A DNA stretch of 64,000 bases. Source: Candidatus Multivoradales bacterium (lineage in GTDB: Bacteria > Acidobacteriota > Thermoanaerobaculia > Multivoradales > JAHEKO01). The notes under the pieces were generated by a model. The model saw only the letters and a list, made by a program, of their open reading frames with translations, was not told the DNA's origin and made no database searches. This document shows, in pieces, positions 1 to 10,322 of this stretch. A program made the translations under genes and the position numbers. Each line of letters opens with the position of its first letter. Within the stretch, counting starts at the first letter, position 1. The stretch spans positions 320,001 to 384,000 of the forward strand of contig CBDCVR010000013.1 in NCBI GenBank assembly GCA_965223155.1, read 5' to 3'.

Positions 1-1
1 G

Positions 2-793
2 CGCGGCCTGACCGGTGAAAGCCTCGCAGCCTACACGCCGGGTGGCTTCGTGGGCGCTCTCGCCGCCGCCGTGGCGGCGGAGACTCCGGCCTACCTCCTC
101 TTCCCGCACACCTACCAGTCAGTTGATTTTGTGCCTCGCCTGGCGCAGGCGGTGGCCGGAGCGCTGGTGCCCGAAGCGATCGGTTTTCGGGTCGAAGATG
201 GCGGCCCGGTCTTCCGGCGCCCGGTCTTCGGTGGCAAGCTCCAGGCCGACGTCCGGGCCACCGGCGCTCCCGTGCTGGTCACCGTGCAGTCCGGAGCGTT
301 TTCGGTCAAGGAGAAGGCGGCCGGGGCGGCCGAGGTCTCGGCACTGGATTTCGCCGCCGCGGCGAAACCCGATCGCGAGATTCTGGGGGTCGAAGAAGTC
401 GCCGGGGAACAGGTCGATCTGTCCGCGGCCGAGCGCGTGATCGCGGTCGGCCGGGGGATCGGCGGCGAGGACAAGATGGCGATCGTGGAAGAGCTGGCCG
501 AAGTGCTGGGCGCCGAGATTGGCGCCTCGCGTCCGGTGATCGACAGTGGCTGGCTGCCACGGGACCGTCAGATCGGCTCGAGTGGGCAGACGGTGGCGCC
601 GAAGCTCTACGTCGCGATCGGGATCTCGGGCGCGATCCAGCACCTGGTCGGCATGAAGGGCTCCCAGACGGTCGTCGCGATCAACAAGGACGCCAGCGCC
701 CCGATTTTCAGCGTTGCCGACTACGGCATCGTGGGCGACTTGCACGAAGTGGTGCCGGTGCTCTCGAGCGCCATCCGCGAAGCCAAGGGCTAG
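2..793 (+). CDS. etfA: Electron transfer flavoprotein alpha subunit (5'-truncated by window edge)
   Basis: FAD-binding motifs [47 protein letters not shown]; frame is open to the window start. Confidence 0.96.
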   Translation, partial: RGLTGESLAAYTPGGFVGALAAAVAAETPAYLLFPHTYQSVDFVPRLAQAVAGALVPEAIGFRVEDGGPVFRRPVFGGKLQADVRATGAPVLVTVQSGAFSVKEKAAGAAEVSALDFAAAAKPDREILGVEEVAGEQVDLSAAERVIAVGRGIGGEDKMAIVEELAEVLGAEIGASRPVIDSGWLPRDRQIGSSGQTVAPKLYVAIGISGAIQHLVGMKGSQTVVAINKDASAPIFSVADYGIVGDLHEVVPVLSSAIREAKG

Positions 794-907
794 GGTCTGG
801 CCACACAACCCCGTCTACACAGCCGGGTAGGCGCTGCCGGGCGGGATCGTCTCGACCGGCAGAATGCCCAGGGTGCGATGGGTGCGATGGGGGGTGCGGT
901 GAGACGG

Positions 908-1801
908 TCAGGCCGGAGATTCGGTACCGGCGGCTCGCCGGCGCCGGATCTCGAACAGGGTCACGGCGGCGGCGACCGTGACATTCAAGGACTCGACCGG
1001 CGCGGCTAACGGGATCGAGACCGCGATGTCCGCCAGGGCGCGAGTGTCGCTCGAAAGGCCCTGTCCCTCGGCGCCGAGGAGAAGGAGCAACGGGCCCTCG
1101 AGAGGGGCTTGCCAAAGTGGCGTTCCGGCGTCGCCGGCAAGTGCTAGCAGCCTCGGCCTGGGCGATCCCGAAGCCTCGACCAAGGAGACTGCTTTCTCGA
1201 GTCCGGGAACAGGGAGCGCCGGGATACGGAGCAGGCTTCCCGCCGAGGCGCGAAGCGCGCGTGGGTGGTTGGGGTGGGCGCAACCCGGTCCGAGGAAGAG
1301 CTCGCGGCAGCCGGCAGCCTCGGCGGTGCGGGCGATGGCGCCGAGGTTGATCGGGTCCTGAATGCCATCGAGATAGAGGGAGATCAGTTGGGTATCTGAC
1401 TTCACGTCGGCAGGCCTCGCATCGGCGGGGCCCGAGGCGGTTCGCGCCGAAGCCCCGCCTCGAGGCAGCTCGGCGATCGCCACGATGCCGGTGGGATTCG
1501 TCGTTTGGGCAAGCTCGCGGAAGAGGCCGCGAGTGATGACCAGGACTTCGCGGTCGATCTGGAGCAGCAGCCGGCGCCCGGCCGCCGACTCCTGGAACTC
1601 GGCAGTGACCAGCACCTCCTCGAGCGGGATGTCCGCGGCCAGCGCCTCCTCGATCAGGTGGACGCCCTCCAGGAGGGCGATACGGTCGCGGCCAGCTTTA
1701 CTTCGCAGGAGCCGGCGAATAGCCTTGATGCGTCGGTTGTTCCGGCTAACGATCACGTCGATCTCGAGATCCAGGGCGCCCGGATGCCCGGCGCCGTTCA
1801 T
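908..1801 (-). CDS. TrmH/SpoU family RNA 2'-O-methyltransferase
   Basis: SPOUT motifs LDGIQDPINLGAIART, GAEGQGL, SIPL...VESLNVTVAA. Confidence 0.92.
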   Translation of the reverse strand: MNGAGHPGALDLEIDVIVSRNNRRIKAIRRLLRSKAGRDRIALLEGVHLIEEALAADIPLEEVLVTAEFQESAAGRRLLLQIDREVLVITRGLFRELAQTTNPTGIVAIAELPRGGASARTASGPADARPADVKSDTQLISLYLDGIQDPINLGAIARTAEAAGCRELFLGPGCAHPNHPRALRASAGSLLRIPALPVPGLEKAVSLVEASGSPRPRLLALAGDAGTPLWQAPLEGPLLLLLGAEGQGLSSDTRALADIAVSIPLAAPVESLNVTVAAAVTLFEIRRRRAAGTESPA

Positions 1802-1819
1802 CGTGTCCAGCCAAGACTA

Positions 1820-2494
1820 ATGCACCGTGCCGCTCCGGAAACCGCGAACGTCCCAGGTGCGCCGGGAGAGGTGGCGGTAGCGGTGGCGAGCGCATCATCG
1901 GCGGTACTCCTCGGCGTCCGGGACGGTTTCGCTCGCGCTCTTCGTGCCGCGTTCCACCGAGAGGTGGCGCTGGCCGTGGTGCCGCATCCGGAAGCCGATC
2001 CCTCGGTCGGTGACGCGGAAGCGAGCGCCGGCCTCGGGCTCCCGTTTTCGGACACCGAAACCCTGGTTCGCGCCCGCGGCGCGGCTCGATCTCTGGCGAG
2101 CCGGCTGGGGTCCGAGTACGGGTTTCATGTTGGTGTCGAGGGAGGCTTCCACACGCTCGAACTGGAAGGCAACCAAGGCGAGCGCGAGACGCACACGTTC
2201 ATCCATTGCTGGGCGGCGGTGTGCGGGTTCGGGATCGAGTCGGGCTCTGAGCGGCCGCTCATCGAAACCTACGGCTCCAGCGGCTCTGTGCAGATTCCCG
2301 AGCAGGCCGATAGCCCGGAAGCGGGCCGACTGGACAAGCTCCTGGCCGAGCCGGCCAAGCGCCGTCACGGCGGCATCTTGAGCGGCCTTACCCGGGGCGC
2401 CGAGACCCGCCGCACTGCGGTCAGCCAGGCGGTCTTGCACGCGCTCTCCACCCAGTTCTTTCGGCTCTTGGGAGGGCGTCTGGCGGAGCGCTGA
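1820..2494 (+). CDS. DUF84/YjjX-like (non-canonical purine NTP phosphatase-like) protein, divergent
   Basis: PFSDTETLVRARGAA, HVGVEGG and GILSGLTRGAETRRTAVSQAVLHAL resemble YjjX family blocks; ATG at 1820 avoids overlap with the divergent trmH gene. Confidence 0.6.
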   Translation: MHRAAPETANVPGAPGEVAVAVASASSAVLLGVRDGFARALRAAFHREVALAVVPHPEADPSVGDAEASAGLGLPFSDTETLVRARGAARSLASRLGSEYGFHVGVEGGFHTLELEGNQGERETHTFIHCWAAVCGFGIESGSERPLIETYGSSGSVQIPEQADSPEAGRLDKLLAEPAKRRHGGILSGLTRGAETRRTAVSQAVLHALSTQFFRLLGGRLAER

Positions 2495-2575
2495 CGTGCT
2501 AGGATCCGGCTTTCGCCCGGGTCCGGGCCGGGTGCCCTCCGGCCGCCCATCACAACCTCCAGCAGGAACCTCTCC

Positions 2576-3742
2576 ATGGCAAACGAACTTCGCTTGTTTT
2601 CGTCCGAATCCGTGACCGAAGGCCACCCCGACAAGGTGGCGGATCAGATCTCGGATGGCATTTTGGACGCCGCCCTCGAACTGGATCCCAAGAGCCGAGT
2701 CGCTTGCGAGACTCTGGTCTCGACCGGCTTGGTGCTCATGGCCGGTGAGATCACCACCGGCGGAATCATCGACTACGCGGGCATTGCCCGGAAGGTGGTC
2801 GAGGACATCGGCTACACGGATCCGACCTACGGATTCGATTTCGACAGCTGTTCCGTCTTGAGCTCGATTGATCCGCAGTCGGGCGACATCGCCATGGGTG
2901 TGGACACTGGCGGGGCTGGCGATCAGGGCCTGATGTTCGGCTACGCCTGCCGCGAGACGCCGCAGCTCATGCCCCTTCCGATCATGCTGGCTCATGCGTT
3001 GACCGAACGCCTGGCCGACGTGCGGCGCTCGGGCGAGGTGGCGCACCTGCGGCCCGACGGCAAGAGCCAGGTCACGGTCGCCTACGACGAAGCCGGAAAT
3101 CCGGTTCGTGTCCACACGGTCGTGATCTCGACCCAGCACGATCCCGAGGTCACCAACGAAGAGCTCCGGCGGAATCTCATCGAGCACGTTATCCGGCCCT
3201 CGATTCCCGCCGAGCTGCTGGATGACGACACCATCATCCACATCAATCCCACCGGCCGGTTCGTGACCGGTGGTCCCAAGGGCGATTGCGGCCTGACGGG
3301 GCGCAAGATCATCGTCGATACGTACGGCGGCGTCGGCAGCCACGGTGGCGGAGCGTTCTCCGGCAAGGACCCGACCAAGGTCGATCGGTCGGCATGCTAC
3401 ATGGCGCGCCACATCGCCAAGAACCTGGTTGCCGCCGGTCTGGCCGACCGGGTTTCGGTTCAGCTTGCCTACGCCATTGGCGTGGCCGATCCGGTGTCAG
3501 TGCTCGTCGACGGTTTCGGTACCGAGACCGTGCCCACCGCCCATCTGGAAGCCGCGGTGCGCGAGGTCTTCGAGCTGACCCCCGCGGGCATCATCGCTTC
3601 CCTGAATCTCCGGCGGCCGATCTACCGCAAGACCGCCGCCTACGGCCACTTCGGCCGAGAGCTGGACGAGTTCACCTGGGAAGGGACGGGCGCGGCCGAG
3701 AGCCTCAAGGAAGCCGCCGGAGCGGCGACCGTTACCGCCTAG
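2576..3742 (+). CDS. metK: S-adenosylmethionine synthetase
   Basis: [47 protein letters not shown]. Confidence 0.99.
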   Translation: MANELRLFSSESVTEGHPDKVADQISDGILDAALELDPKSRVACETLVSTGLVLMAGEITTGGIIDYAGIARKVVEDIGYTDPTYGFDFDSCSVLSSIDPQSGDIAMGVDTGGAGDQGLMFGYACRETPQLMPLPIMLAHALTERLADVRRSGEVAHLRPDGKSQVTVAYDEAGNPVRVHTVVISTQHDPEVTNEELRRNLIEHVIRPSIPAELLDDDTIIHINPTGRFVTGGPKGDCGLTGRKIIVDTYGGVGSHGGGAFSGKDPTKVDRSACYMARHIAKNLVAAGLADRVSVQLAYAIGVADPVSVLVDGFGTETVPTAHLEAAVREVFELTPAGIIASLNLRRPIYRKTAAYGHFGRELDEFTWEGTGAAESLKEAAGAATVTA

Positions 3743-3935
3743 GGCCGTTCCAGCGAGCGCACGTGTAGGCGCGGGGCGCTCCTCCGCCCGCTTGAGTTGC
3801 CATGGTTCCGCTGTAGCAGCAAGCCATGGGCGCGCGGCCGGTGCCTTGTCGGGTGAGGACTCGATGCGTGCCGGCGTTCGCGCTGGTGGTGGTTGGAGCC
3901 TGGCCGTGGCCGCCGCGGCGAGCCTCACCCGCCGG

Positions 3936-4397
3936 CTAGTGGTGATGCGGATTGTTGCCGTCGGCGTCCAGCTCCTGCCAGCTCTTGCCGTACTTCAGGA
4001 CGTCGTGCTTGAGGAGATCGAACTCGGCCTGGCGCTCGGTGGGCCGAGCGTCCCGGAACACCGTGTCGCACTTGTAGCAGACCACGGACATGGGCAGTCG
4101 GTAGTAGAGCCACAGATCGACCAGCCCGAGACTGATGAGAGACAAGCCGTAGGTCCAGGGCACGAAGGCCGCGCCCAAGGCCACTAGAGCGCAGCCGGCG
4201 CCGCGGTTGACGTCCCGCTGGCAGTAGAGGTGTTCCGAGCCGCAAAGCGTGCAGTTCTGGAGGCGCTCGCCGTCGGCCGGCTCGCCTTCGAGCGGGCGTT
4301 CAGCGGAGCAATTGGGACAGACCAGCGAGTCGGTCGACGCGGCCAGCTCGGTCTTGTACGGATACCCGCAGGGGCGGCACTGGGTCCGGATCCTCAT
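3936..4397 (-). CDS. Hypothetical membrane protein with four CxxC motifs (zinc-ribbon type)
   Basis: CRPC, CPNC, CTLC, CYKC flanking a two-helix hydrophobic hairpin. Confidence 0.75.
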   Translation of the reverse strand: MRIRTQCRPCGYPYKTELAASTDSLVCPNCSAERPLEGEPADGERLQNCTLCGSEHLYCQRDVNRGAGCALVALGAAFVPWTYGLSLISLGLVDLWLYYRLPMSVVCYKCDTVFRDARPTERQAEFDLLKHDVLKYGKSWQELDADGNNPHHH

Positions 4398-4452
4398 CAG
4401 TTGCCGTCTCGTCCTCGCGCTTGGCTCGGGTAGCTCCGCTGGCTCAGATAGC

Positions 4453-5268
4453 TCAGATCGGAACGCCCACAGTCAGCGTGAGGTAGAGGGCGGTGATCTC
4501 GCCGATGAACGTGCCGACCACCAAGACATACAAGATGCCGGTGGCGGACTGGTTTGAGCGCTGGCGGGCGCAGTGGAGCGAAAGCACGGCCAGGACCACT
4601 GGGATCGCCAAGCCCCAGAAGAGCCGGAACCAGAAGAACATGCCCTGACCGGCGAATCCGGTCAACAGGCGCATGGGGTGGGGGTTCGTCATCGCCTCGA
4701 CGGTCGCCGCCGCGCCCAGGCTGGCTCCGACCGCGACCGTGCGCAGGGCAACGATCGCCAGCAGGATCCAGCAGAAGGTGACCAGGTAGCGAAATGTGAG
4801 CCTGGGCGCGATCAGGTACCAGTGGCCGAGGAGCATGGTGACGAGCGACCAGCCCAGGGTCAGGGCGCTCAGGGCCAGACCGATCGCCAGAAGCCAGGAG
4901 CGGCCGGGCAGCGGAGTCAGCGCGTGCAGCGATCCGTGCCCGGCGGCGAGCAGAGCGGCGGTGGAAGCGACCAGGGATACGAATGCGGCGACCCGCCCCG
5001 CTCCCCAGCGCTCGCGCCAGATGCAGGCGTAGTAGCCAAAAGCCGCGACCAGCGCCGCCACGAGGGCCGTGTGACCCAAGGTGCTCAGCTCTCCGAAGTA
5101 GGGGAGGGGCTTGGCAAAGACCACGGTCACGGCGAGGCCGAGGAGCCCCAGGACGACGAGCGCGTTCATCTGGAAGTAGCCGCGTCCCAGGTCGTCTTCT
5201 GGGATCCAGAAGAGGGTCGATAGGGAGCCCGCGGAAGTCGCCAGGAGGAAGAGGAGGAAGACCGCCAT
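4453..5268 (-). CDS. Hypothetical polytopic membrane protein (~8 TM)
   Basis: Continuous hydrophobic helices; motifs MLLGHWYL and NQSATGILY; ATG at 5268 preceded by a TAAGAT -10-like box. Confidence 0.8.
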   Translation of the reverse strand: MAVFLLFLLATSAGSLSTLFWIPEDDLGRGYFQMNALVVLGLLGLAVTVVFAKPLPYFGELSTLGHTALVAALVAAFGYYACIWRERWGAGRVAAFVSLVASTAALLAAGHGSLHALTPLPGRSWLLAIGLALSALTLGWSLVTMLLGHWYLIAPRLTFRYLVTFCWILLAIVALRTVAVGASLGAAATVEAMTNPHPMRLLTGFAGQGMFFWFRLFWGLAIPVVLAVLSLHCARQRSNQSATGILYVLVVGTFIGEITALYLTLTVGVPI

Positions 5269-5429
5269 GAGCCGGTGGATCTTACCTCCATTTCCGGGGG
5301 GTAGAGCGCGGGGCGAAGTCTCCCGAGGAAACGGCCCAAAGGCCGATCCTGGGATTGATAGCATCCGGCGGCCCGGAGGGACCCAGCCGCTTGCGTTTCC
5401 GATCTTGCCGCCAGCTTCCAGTTGCCCCG

Positions 5430-6806
5430 ATGCTGGCGCTCGGGTTGTGCGCGCTGGTCGTTCCCGGTTGCCGGAACGCCAATGAGGCCGGCGCTCGGCG
5501 TCCGAACGTTCTGCTGGTCACGATCGACACCTTGAGTTTCCGAGAGGTCGGGTTCCTGGGTGGAGGAGAGGCGACACCGAATCTGGACCGATTCGCGAGC
5601 GAGAGCGTCGTCTTCCGGAACGCCTACTCGACGAGCTCGTGGACGCAACCCGCGATCGCCTCTATGTTCACCGGGCTTTATCCAACCCGGCACGGCATCG
5701 ACCAGGTGTTCGAAGCATTGCCCGAAGAGGCCGGGACTCTGGCCGAAAGCCTGTCCGAGGCCGGCTATCGCACCGCCGGAGTGGTCAGCAACTTCCTGCT
5801 ACGACGGGAGTTCGGACTGGCCCAGGGTTTCGCCGGCTGGGAGCAGGAACCCAGCCGCCTGGTCGGAGGCCGATCGTCGCCGGAGGTGACCGACCGCGCG
5901 ATTCATCGGCTCAGAAACGCTCCTCGGGACGCTCCCTGGTTTCTCTACGTCCACTATATGGATCCTCACTTCCCATACCTCCCGCACACGGAGTTCGACC
6001 GCTCCTCGGGCTACGAAGGGGCTCTGGCTCCGACCACGTCGCGCAAGGACCTGAAGCGCCTGCTGCCCGAGCTCGAAGCGGCCGACTACGAGTACCTGCG
6101 GAACCTTTACCGGGAGGAGGTCGCCTTCACCGATCATCACCTAGGCCGGCTGCTGGAGGCTCTGGACGGATCCGGTGCCGCGGAGGACACTCTCGTGATC
6201 ATCACCTCGGACCACGGCGAGGAGTTCTTCGAGCACGGCTGGTTCGAGCACATCCGAACCCTGTACGACGAGCTGGTACGGATGGTACTGGTAGTCCGCT
6301 GGCCGGGAACGCCGGCCGCGGTCGTCGAGGACCCGGTTTCCGTGGTTTCGGTCCCAGCCACGGTCCTGGAGGCGGCGGGAGTTCGCCCCGAGTTTCGCTT
6401 CGATGGCCGCCCGCTGCCACGCGGTCCGCGCCCGCGCTCTTCAGACCCAACTGTACCGATCGCACCGGACCGCCCCGGCCGCGCCTTCCTGGAGGTGGAC
6501 TTCGTGCCGACACCGCACATGGGCGATGCCTTCGATCCGATCCTGAACGTCTCCAAGACCGGGCTCGTGGTGGATGGTCTGAAACTGGTGCGCGATCTCA
6601 AGGTGGGGCGCTACGAGCTTTTCGACCTGGCTCGCGACCCCTTCGAGACCGACAACCTCTATCCCGGCCACGCCGCGGCCAGCGATCTCGTCGCCGAGTT
6701 GTCGGCCTGGGAAGCGTGGAAGGACGCGAGCGCCGGCGCGAGCCAGGAGGTCGAGTTAGACCAGCAGGGGCTCGACGCGCTTCGGAAGCTGGGCTACGTC
6801 GAGTAG
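5430..6806 (+). CDS. Sulfatase-like hydrolase/transferase, probable lipoprotein
   Basis: PNVLLVTIDTL, TPNLD, HYMDPHFPY, TSDHGEEF.EHG, ELFDL..DPFE, LRKLGYVE; N-terminal hydrophobic stretch ending PGC. Confidence 0.9.
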   Translation: MLALGLCALVVPGCRNANEAGARRPNVLLVTIDTLSFREVGFLGGGEATPNLDRFASESVVFRNAYSTSSWTQPAIASMFTGLYPTRHGIDQVFEALPEEAGTLAESLSEAGYRTAGVVSNFLLRREFGLAQGFAGWEQEPSRLVGGRSSPEVTDRAIHRLRNAPRDAPWFLYVHYMDPHFPYLPHTEFDRSSGYEGALAPTTSRKDLKRLLPELEAADYEYLRNLYREEVAFTDHHLGRLLEALDGSGAAEDTLVIITSDHGEEFFEHGWFEHIRTLYDELVRMVLVVRWPGTPAAVVEDPVSVVSVPATVLEAAGVRPEFRFDGRPLPRGPRPRSSDPTVPIAPDRPGRAFLEVDFVPTPHMGDAFDPILNVSKTGLVVDGLKLVRDLKVGRYELFDLARDPFETDNLYPGHAAASDLVAELSAWEAWKDASAGASQEVELDQQGLDALRKLGYVE

Positions 6807-6820
6807 GTCGAGCAAGACCA

Positions 6821-9277
6821 CTACGTCTCGACGCCGAGGAAGGTATAGAGCGACAGGAGGACGAAGGCCAGGGCCGGGGTCCACACCGCCAGCGGCGCGG
6901 GTAGGGCGCCGGTTTCGCCCAGGGTGGTGCAGAACGCCACCGTGGCCATGAAGATCATGCCCAGGATGAGGCCGATGCCGACGCCGTAGAGGGCTCCCTT
7001 GCGGCCCAGGCGGAACGCGAAGGGCAAGGCCACCAGCGCCATGACCGCGAAGGTGGCGGGCCGGCTGACCTTGGATTGGAGCTGGGTTTTCAAGTCGGGC
7101 ACCGCTTGACCGCTGGATTCGAGCTCGCCGATGTAGCGTTTGAGAGCGGGGTAGGAGAGGGTGTCCGGAGTTCGGATCTCGGACTCGAAGAACTCCGGCG
7201 ACTCGGGGAAGTCCACGATGACCGGCCGGTCGAAGCGTTGATAGGTGGTGGTCTCGAGCCCGTCGAAGGAGCGGATCCAGGTGTCGTGAAAGAGCCAGCC
7301 GTCGCCGACCCAGCGCGCTCGCTCGGAGTAGAGACGGCTTTCCAGACGGTGATTCGAGTCGAACTCGAAGACCTGGAGCTTGTGCAGCTCTTTGCGCTCG
7401 CCGTCGTAGTTCAGGTAGTTGTAGATGTAGCGGTCCTGCCCGAAGAGCCAGTTGCGATCGCCGCGCCGGTAGGTCCGGACCACCTTCTTGCCGCGAATGA
7501 CGTCGTTCAACTGGGCGGCCCGCTGATTGGCGGCGGGCAGGATGCGTTCTTGCACCCAGGCTCCCAGAACCGAGATCACCAGGGCCGCGGCCAGGGCCGG
7601 CAGCGCCAGGCGGTACAGGCTCACTCCGGAAGCCTTGGCTGCGACCACCTCGTTGCGCTTCGCGAGCACGCCGAAGACCGCCAGCGTGGTCAGGAGCACC
7701 GAGATCGGGGTCACCTCGTAGGCGATCTGGAGAGACTGGTACTTGAAGTAGTCGAGCACCACCTCGAGCGGCACGTTGTTGTCCAAGATCTCGTCGATGA
7801 GTTCGGTCAGATTCGAGACCGAAAAGACGGCCAGGGCCGAGAGCAGGACCAAAGCAAACGTGCTGGCGAAGTGGCGGATGACGTAGCGGTCGAGCCGGTT
7901 CGGAAAGCGCATGGTCCAGCGGGGGAGACGGAGCACGACGCCGCCGTTGGCCGCATCTTCAGGGGCCGCCCCGGAAGGGCCTTCGGAACCCGGGGAGGCC
8001 ATGGAAACCGTGGAATCCAGGGTCCGGCGGGCCGCCTGCCGGGCCCGTTGGCGGCGGCTGGCACGCCGATCGGCGCGGCGAATGCGCAGGGCGCCGAGCA
8101 GCTTTCCGAAGAGCGGCGCCACCCGAGTCCTCAAGGCCAGGTCCAGTTTCTTGGGCAAGAGCGGCAGGTCGTCATTCTTGCGAAAGAGCAGCACCAGCCC
8201 GAGTGTCGCGAGGACCAGGTTGGGCAGCCACATGGCGAGCCACGCCGGCATGCGGTCGAACCGGGCCGCCTCCTCGCCATTGCTGAGCAGAACGTAGTAG
8301 ACGATGATGACCAAGATCGACAGCGCGAATCCGGTGGCGCGGCCGCCGCGCACCCGTTGGATTCCGAGCGGTACCGCCAAAAGGCCGAAGACCAGGCAAG
8401 CGACCGGGATCGAGAACTTCTTGTGGATCTCGACGTTCGAGAGGTTGCGGAGCTCGTCGGGCAGGTTGGGATCCGTTCGCCGTTGGCGCAGCTCCGAGAT
8501 CGTCAGCTCGCGTAGACCCTTGGTCGCTTGGCGACGGAGATTCAACTCGGCGAGAGGGTCTTCCAGGACCTGATCGACCTCGTCGTAGCGGCTGGTGTCG
8601 TACTGGTCGGGCGTCTGGAAATCCACCTTGTGGCTGACCACGTCCTCGAGCTCCAGAACCAATTGGTGCGGGTTGTCGGGATCGGCACGAATGATGCCGC
8701 GGTCGGCGACGCTGGTTTCGTTGTCGAGCCCGGCTTGAGTCCGGGCGACGAAGACGCCCTCCCAGGGATCAGTGCTTCCCGGTACCGATTCGAAGACGTA
8801 GACGATAAGGCCGATCCATTCCTCGTAGAAGACCCGGGGCTCGACCTGTTCGGCTACCGAACGGGCGATGATCTCGCGTCGCAGCTCCTGGAGGGCGGCG
8901 TTGCCGCGAGGCAGGAGATAGAGGGTTAGGGCCATGTTGATGAGCGTCAGGAAGGCGCCGACCCAGAGGACGGGCTTGAGCACGGCGAAATAGCTGATTC
9001 CGGTCGAGCGCATGGCGGTGAGCTCGCTGTCGCCCGAGAGCCGTCCGGTCGAGACCAGAACCGCGAACAGAAAGGCCATGGGGATGGTCAGGACCACGAT
9101 GTTCGGCAAGGTGGCGACCAAGAGCTTGCCGACCAGCTCGGCGGGCACCCCTCGCCGGATGATCATCTCGGCCGACGAAAACAGGAAGTTCGTCAGGAGC
9201 AGAAAGGTATAGGCCAGAAGACCCAGCGCCAGCGGGCCCGAGATCTCGGAGACGAGGTAGCGGTCGAGTCGCTTCAT
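6821..9277 (-). CDS. Fused LptF-LptG LPS export ABC permease
   Basis: Two tandem YjgP/YjgQ units (MKRLDRYL...DSELTAMRSTG; RLDRYVIR...NEVVAAKASG) in one 818-aa ORF. Confidence 0.92.
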   Translation of the reverse strand: MKRLDRYLVSEISGPLALGLLAYTFLLLTNFLFSSAEMIIRRGVPAELVGKLLVATLPNIVVLTIPMAFLFAVLVSTGRLSGDSELTAMRSTGISYFAVLKPVLWVGAFLTLINMALTLYLLPRGNAALQELRREIIARSVAEQVEPRVFYEEWIGLIVYVFESVPGSTDPWEGVFVARTQAGLDNETSVADRGIIRADPDNPHQLVLELEDVVSHKVDFQTPDQYDTSRYDEVDQVLEDPLAELNLRRQATKGLRELTISELRQRRTDPNLPDELRNLSNVEIHKKFSIPVACLVFGLLAVPLGIQRVRGGRATGFALSILVIIVYYVLLSNGEEAARFDRMPAWLAMWLPNLVLATLGLVLLFRKNDDLPLLPKKLDLALRTRVAPLFGKLLGALRIRRADRRASRRQRARQAARRTLDSTVSMASPGSEGPSGAAPEDAANGGVVLRLPRWTMRFPNRLDRYVIRHFASTFALVLLSALAVFSVSNLTELIDEILDNNVPLEVVLDYFKYQSLQIAYEVTPISVLLTTLAVFGVLAKRNEVVAAKASGVSLYRLALPALAAALVISVLGAWVQERILPAANQRAAQLNDVIRGKKVVRTYRRGDRNWLFGQDRYIYNYLNYDGERKELHKLQVFEFDSNHRLESRLYSERARWVGDGWLFHDTWIRSFDGLETTTYQRFDRPVIVDFPESPEFFESEIRTPDTLSYPALKRYIGELESSGQAVPDLKTQLQSKVSRPATFAVMALVALPFAFRLGRKGALYGVGIGLILGMIFMATVAFCTTLGETGALPAPLAVWTPALAFVLLSLYTFLGVET

Positions 9278-9396
9278 CGCAGGCCGGACTATACGAAAGC
9301 CGGGTACTTGAGGTCAGAACGAGCGGCAGTGAGAGATCGCACAGTCGCTCCGCAAGCAGCATCCATGGAGAAGCTACTCGCGAGGACTAGCGGGCT

Positions 9397-10131
9397 TCAA
9401 CTAGAAGTTTGCCTTTCCGGTCCGGCAGCGCGTTCGCCCCGCCGCCCAGACGCTACGTGTGCGAAATCCTGAAAGCCGATGAACTTGACCGCCCAGAAGA
9501 GAGTCAGGCCGATGAAGAACCAGACATCGAAAAGCCAGACGAAGAGCGGCGACGCGGAGTAGAGGCAGCGGACGGCCAAGGTGTATCGATTCGAAGCGCG
9601 ATTGACAAGGGTGGAAAAGTAGTCGACGGGTTCCCCTTCGCGCTCGGCGACCAGCTCGGGGTCCGCGCCGATCACGAGGTTGAAGTGGCCGAGATGCCGA
9701 AGGGAGGTCATGCAGTACGAGAACGCTACGGCGAAGACAAGAATCAGCAAGAACAGCTTGACCGCCTGGGCGTCTGGGTGTTGGGACCACCGCACGGGTT
9801 CGGTGATCGCTTCGCTGAAGTGCGGATACCGGATCAGGACGTTCGCCGTTACGCCCATGAGAATCAGGGCGGAGGAAGCCAGCAAGGAGTTGACCATGGT
9901 CAGATTCCTGGTCTGCTGGGCCGCCGCGATGATGTCCCGACGCTCGAGGATCCCCTCGATCCACGAGCGCCGAAAGGCGTCGACACGCGCTTTCGCGGAG
10001 TGTCTCGGAAACAGTCGCATCAGCGAGGGATAGACGGAATGGTAGACGGGAAAGACCAGCAAAAAGAGAATGAGGCCTAGCGTGTCGAGAGGGTTCTCGA
10101 AGAGGGCAAACCAGTGCAGGGTCGTGCGCAT
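9397..10131 (-). CDS. DUF599 family membrane protein
   Basis: RRSW, QQTRN..MVNSLLASSALI, AFSYCMTSLRHLGH, NRYTLAVRCLY pattern with about 4 TM helices. Confidence 0.75.
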   Translation of the reverse strand: MRTTLHWFALFENPLDTLGLILFLLVFPVYHSVYPSLMRLFPRHSAKARVDAFRRSWIEGILERRDIIAAAQQTRNLTMVNSLLASSALILMGVTANVLIRYPHFSEAITEPVRWSQHPDAQAVKLFLLILVFAVAFSYCMTSLRHLGHFNLVIGADPELVAEREGEPVDYFSTLVNRASNRYTLAVRCLYSASPLFVWLFDVWFFIGLTLFWAVKFIGFQDFAHVASGRRGERAAGPERQTSS

Positions 10132-10322
10132 AGAAAGCCAAGTGTATAGGGATCCTTGGCGTAGAAGACACAAGCTGCTCGCCCCACGTTGAGTCCGATA
10201 AGATAGATTATGTCAACTTCAGCCCCAATCGGATGCTGGCTCCGCCTTCCGGCTTATGCCCTGCCGCACCATTCTGGATAGGCACCCCCTCCCCTGGGCA
10301 CACGGGCCAGTCCCACACGCGT

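Noticed and set aside
871-900. GGGTGCGAT short tandem repeat in the etfA-trmH convergent gap
   Set aside because: Only 2-3 copies; ordinary slippage
2495-2575. SAM riboswitch upstream of metK
   Set aside because: Only about 80 bp, and no SAM-I/II consensus elements seen
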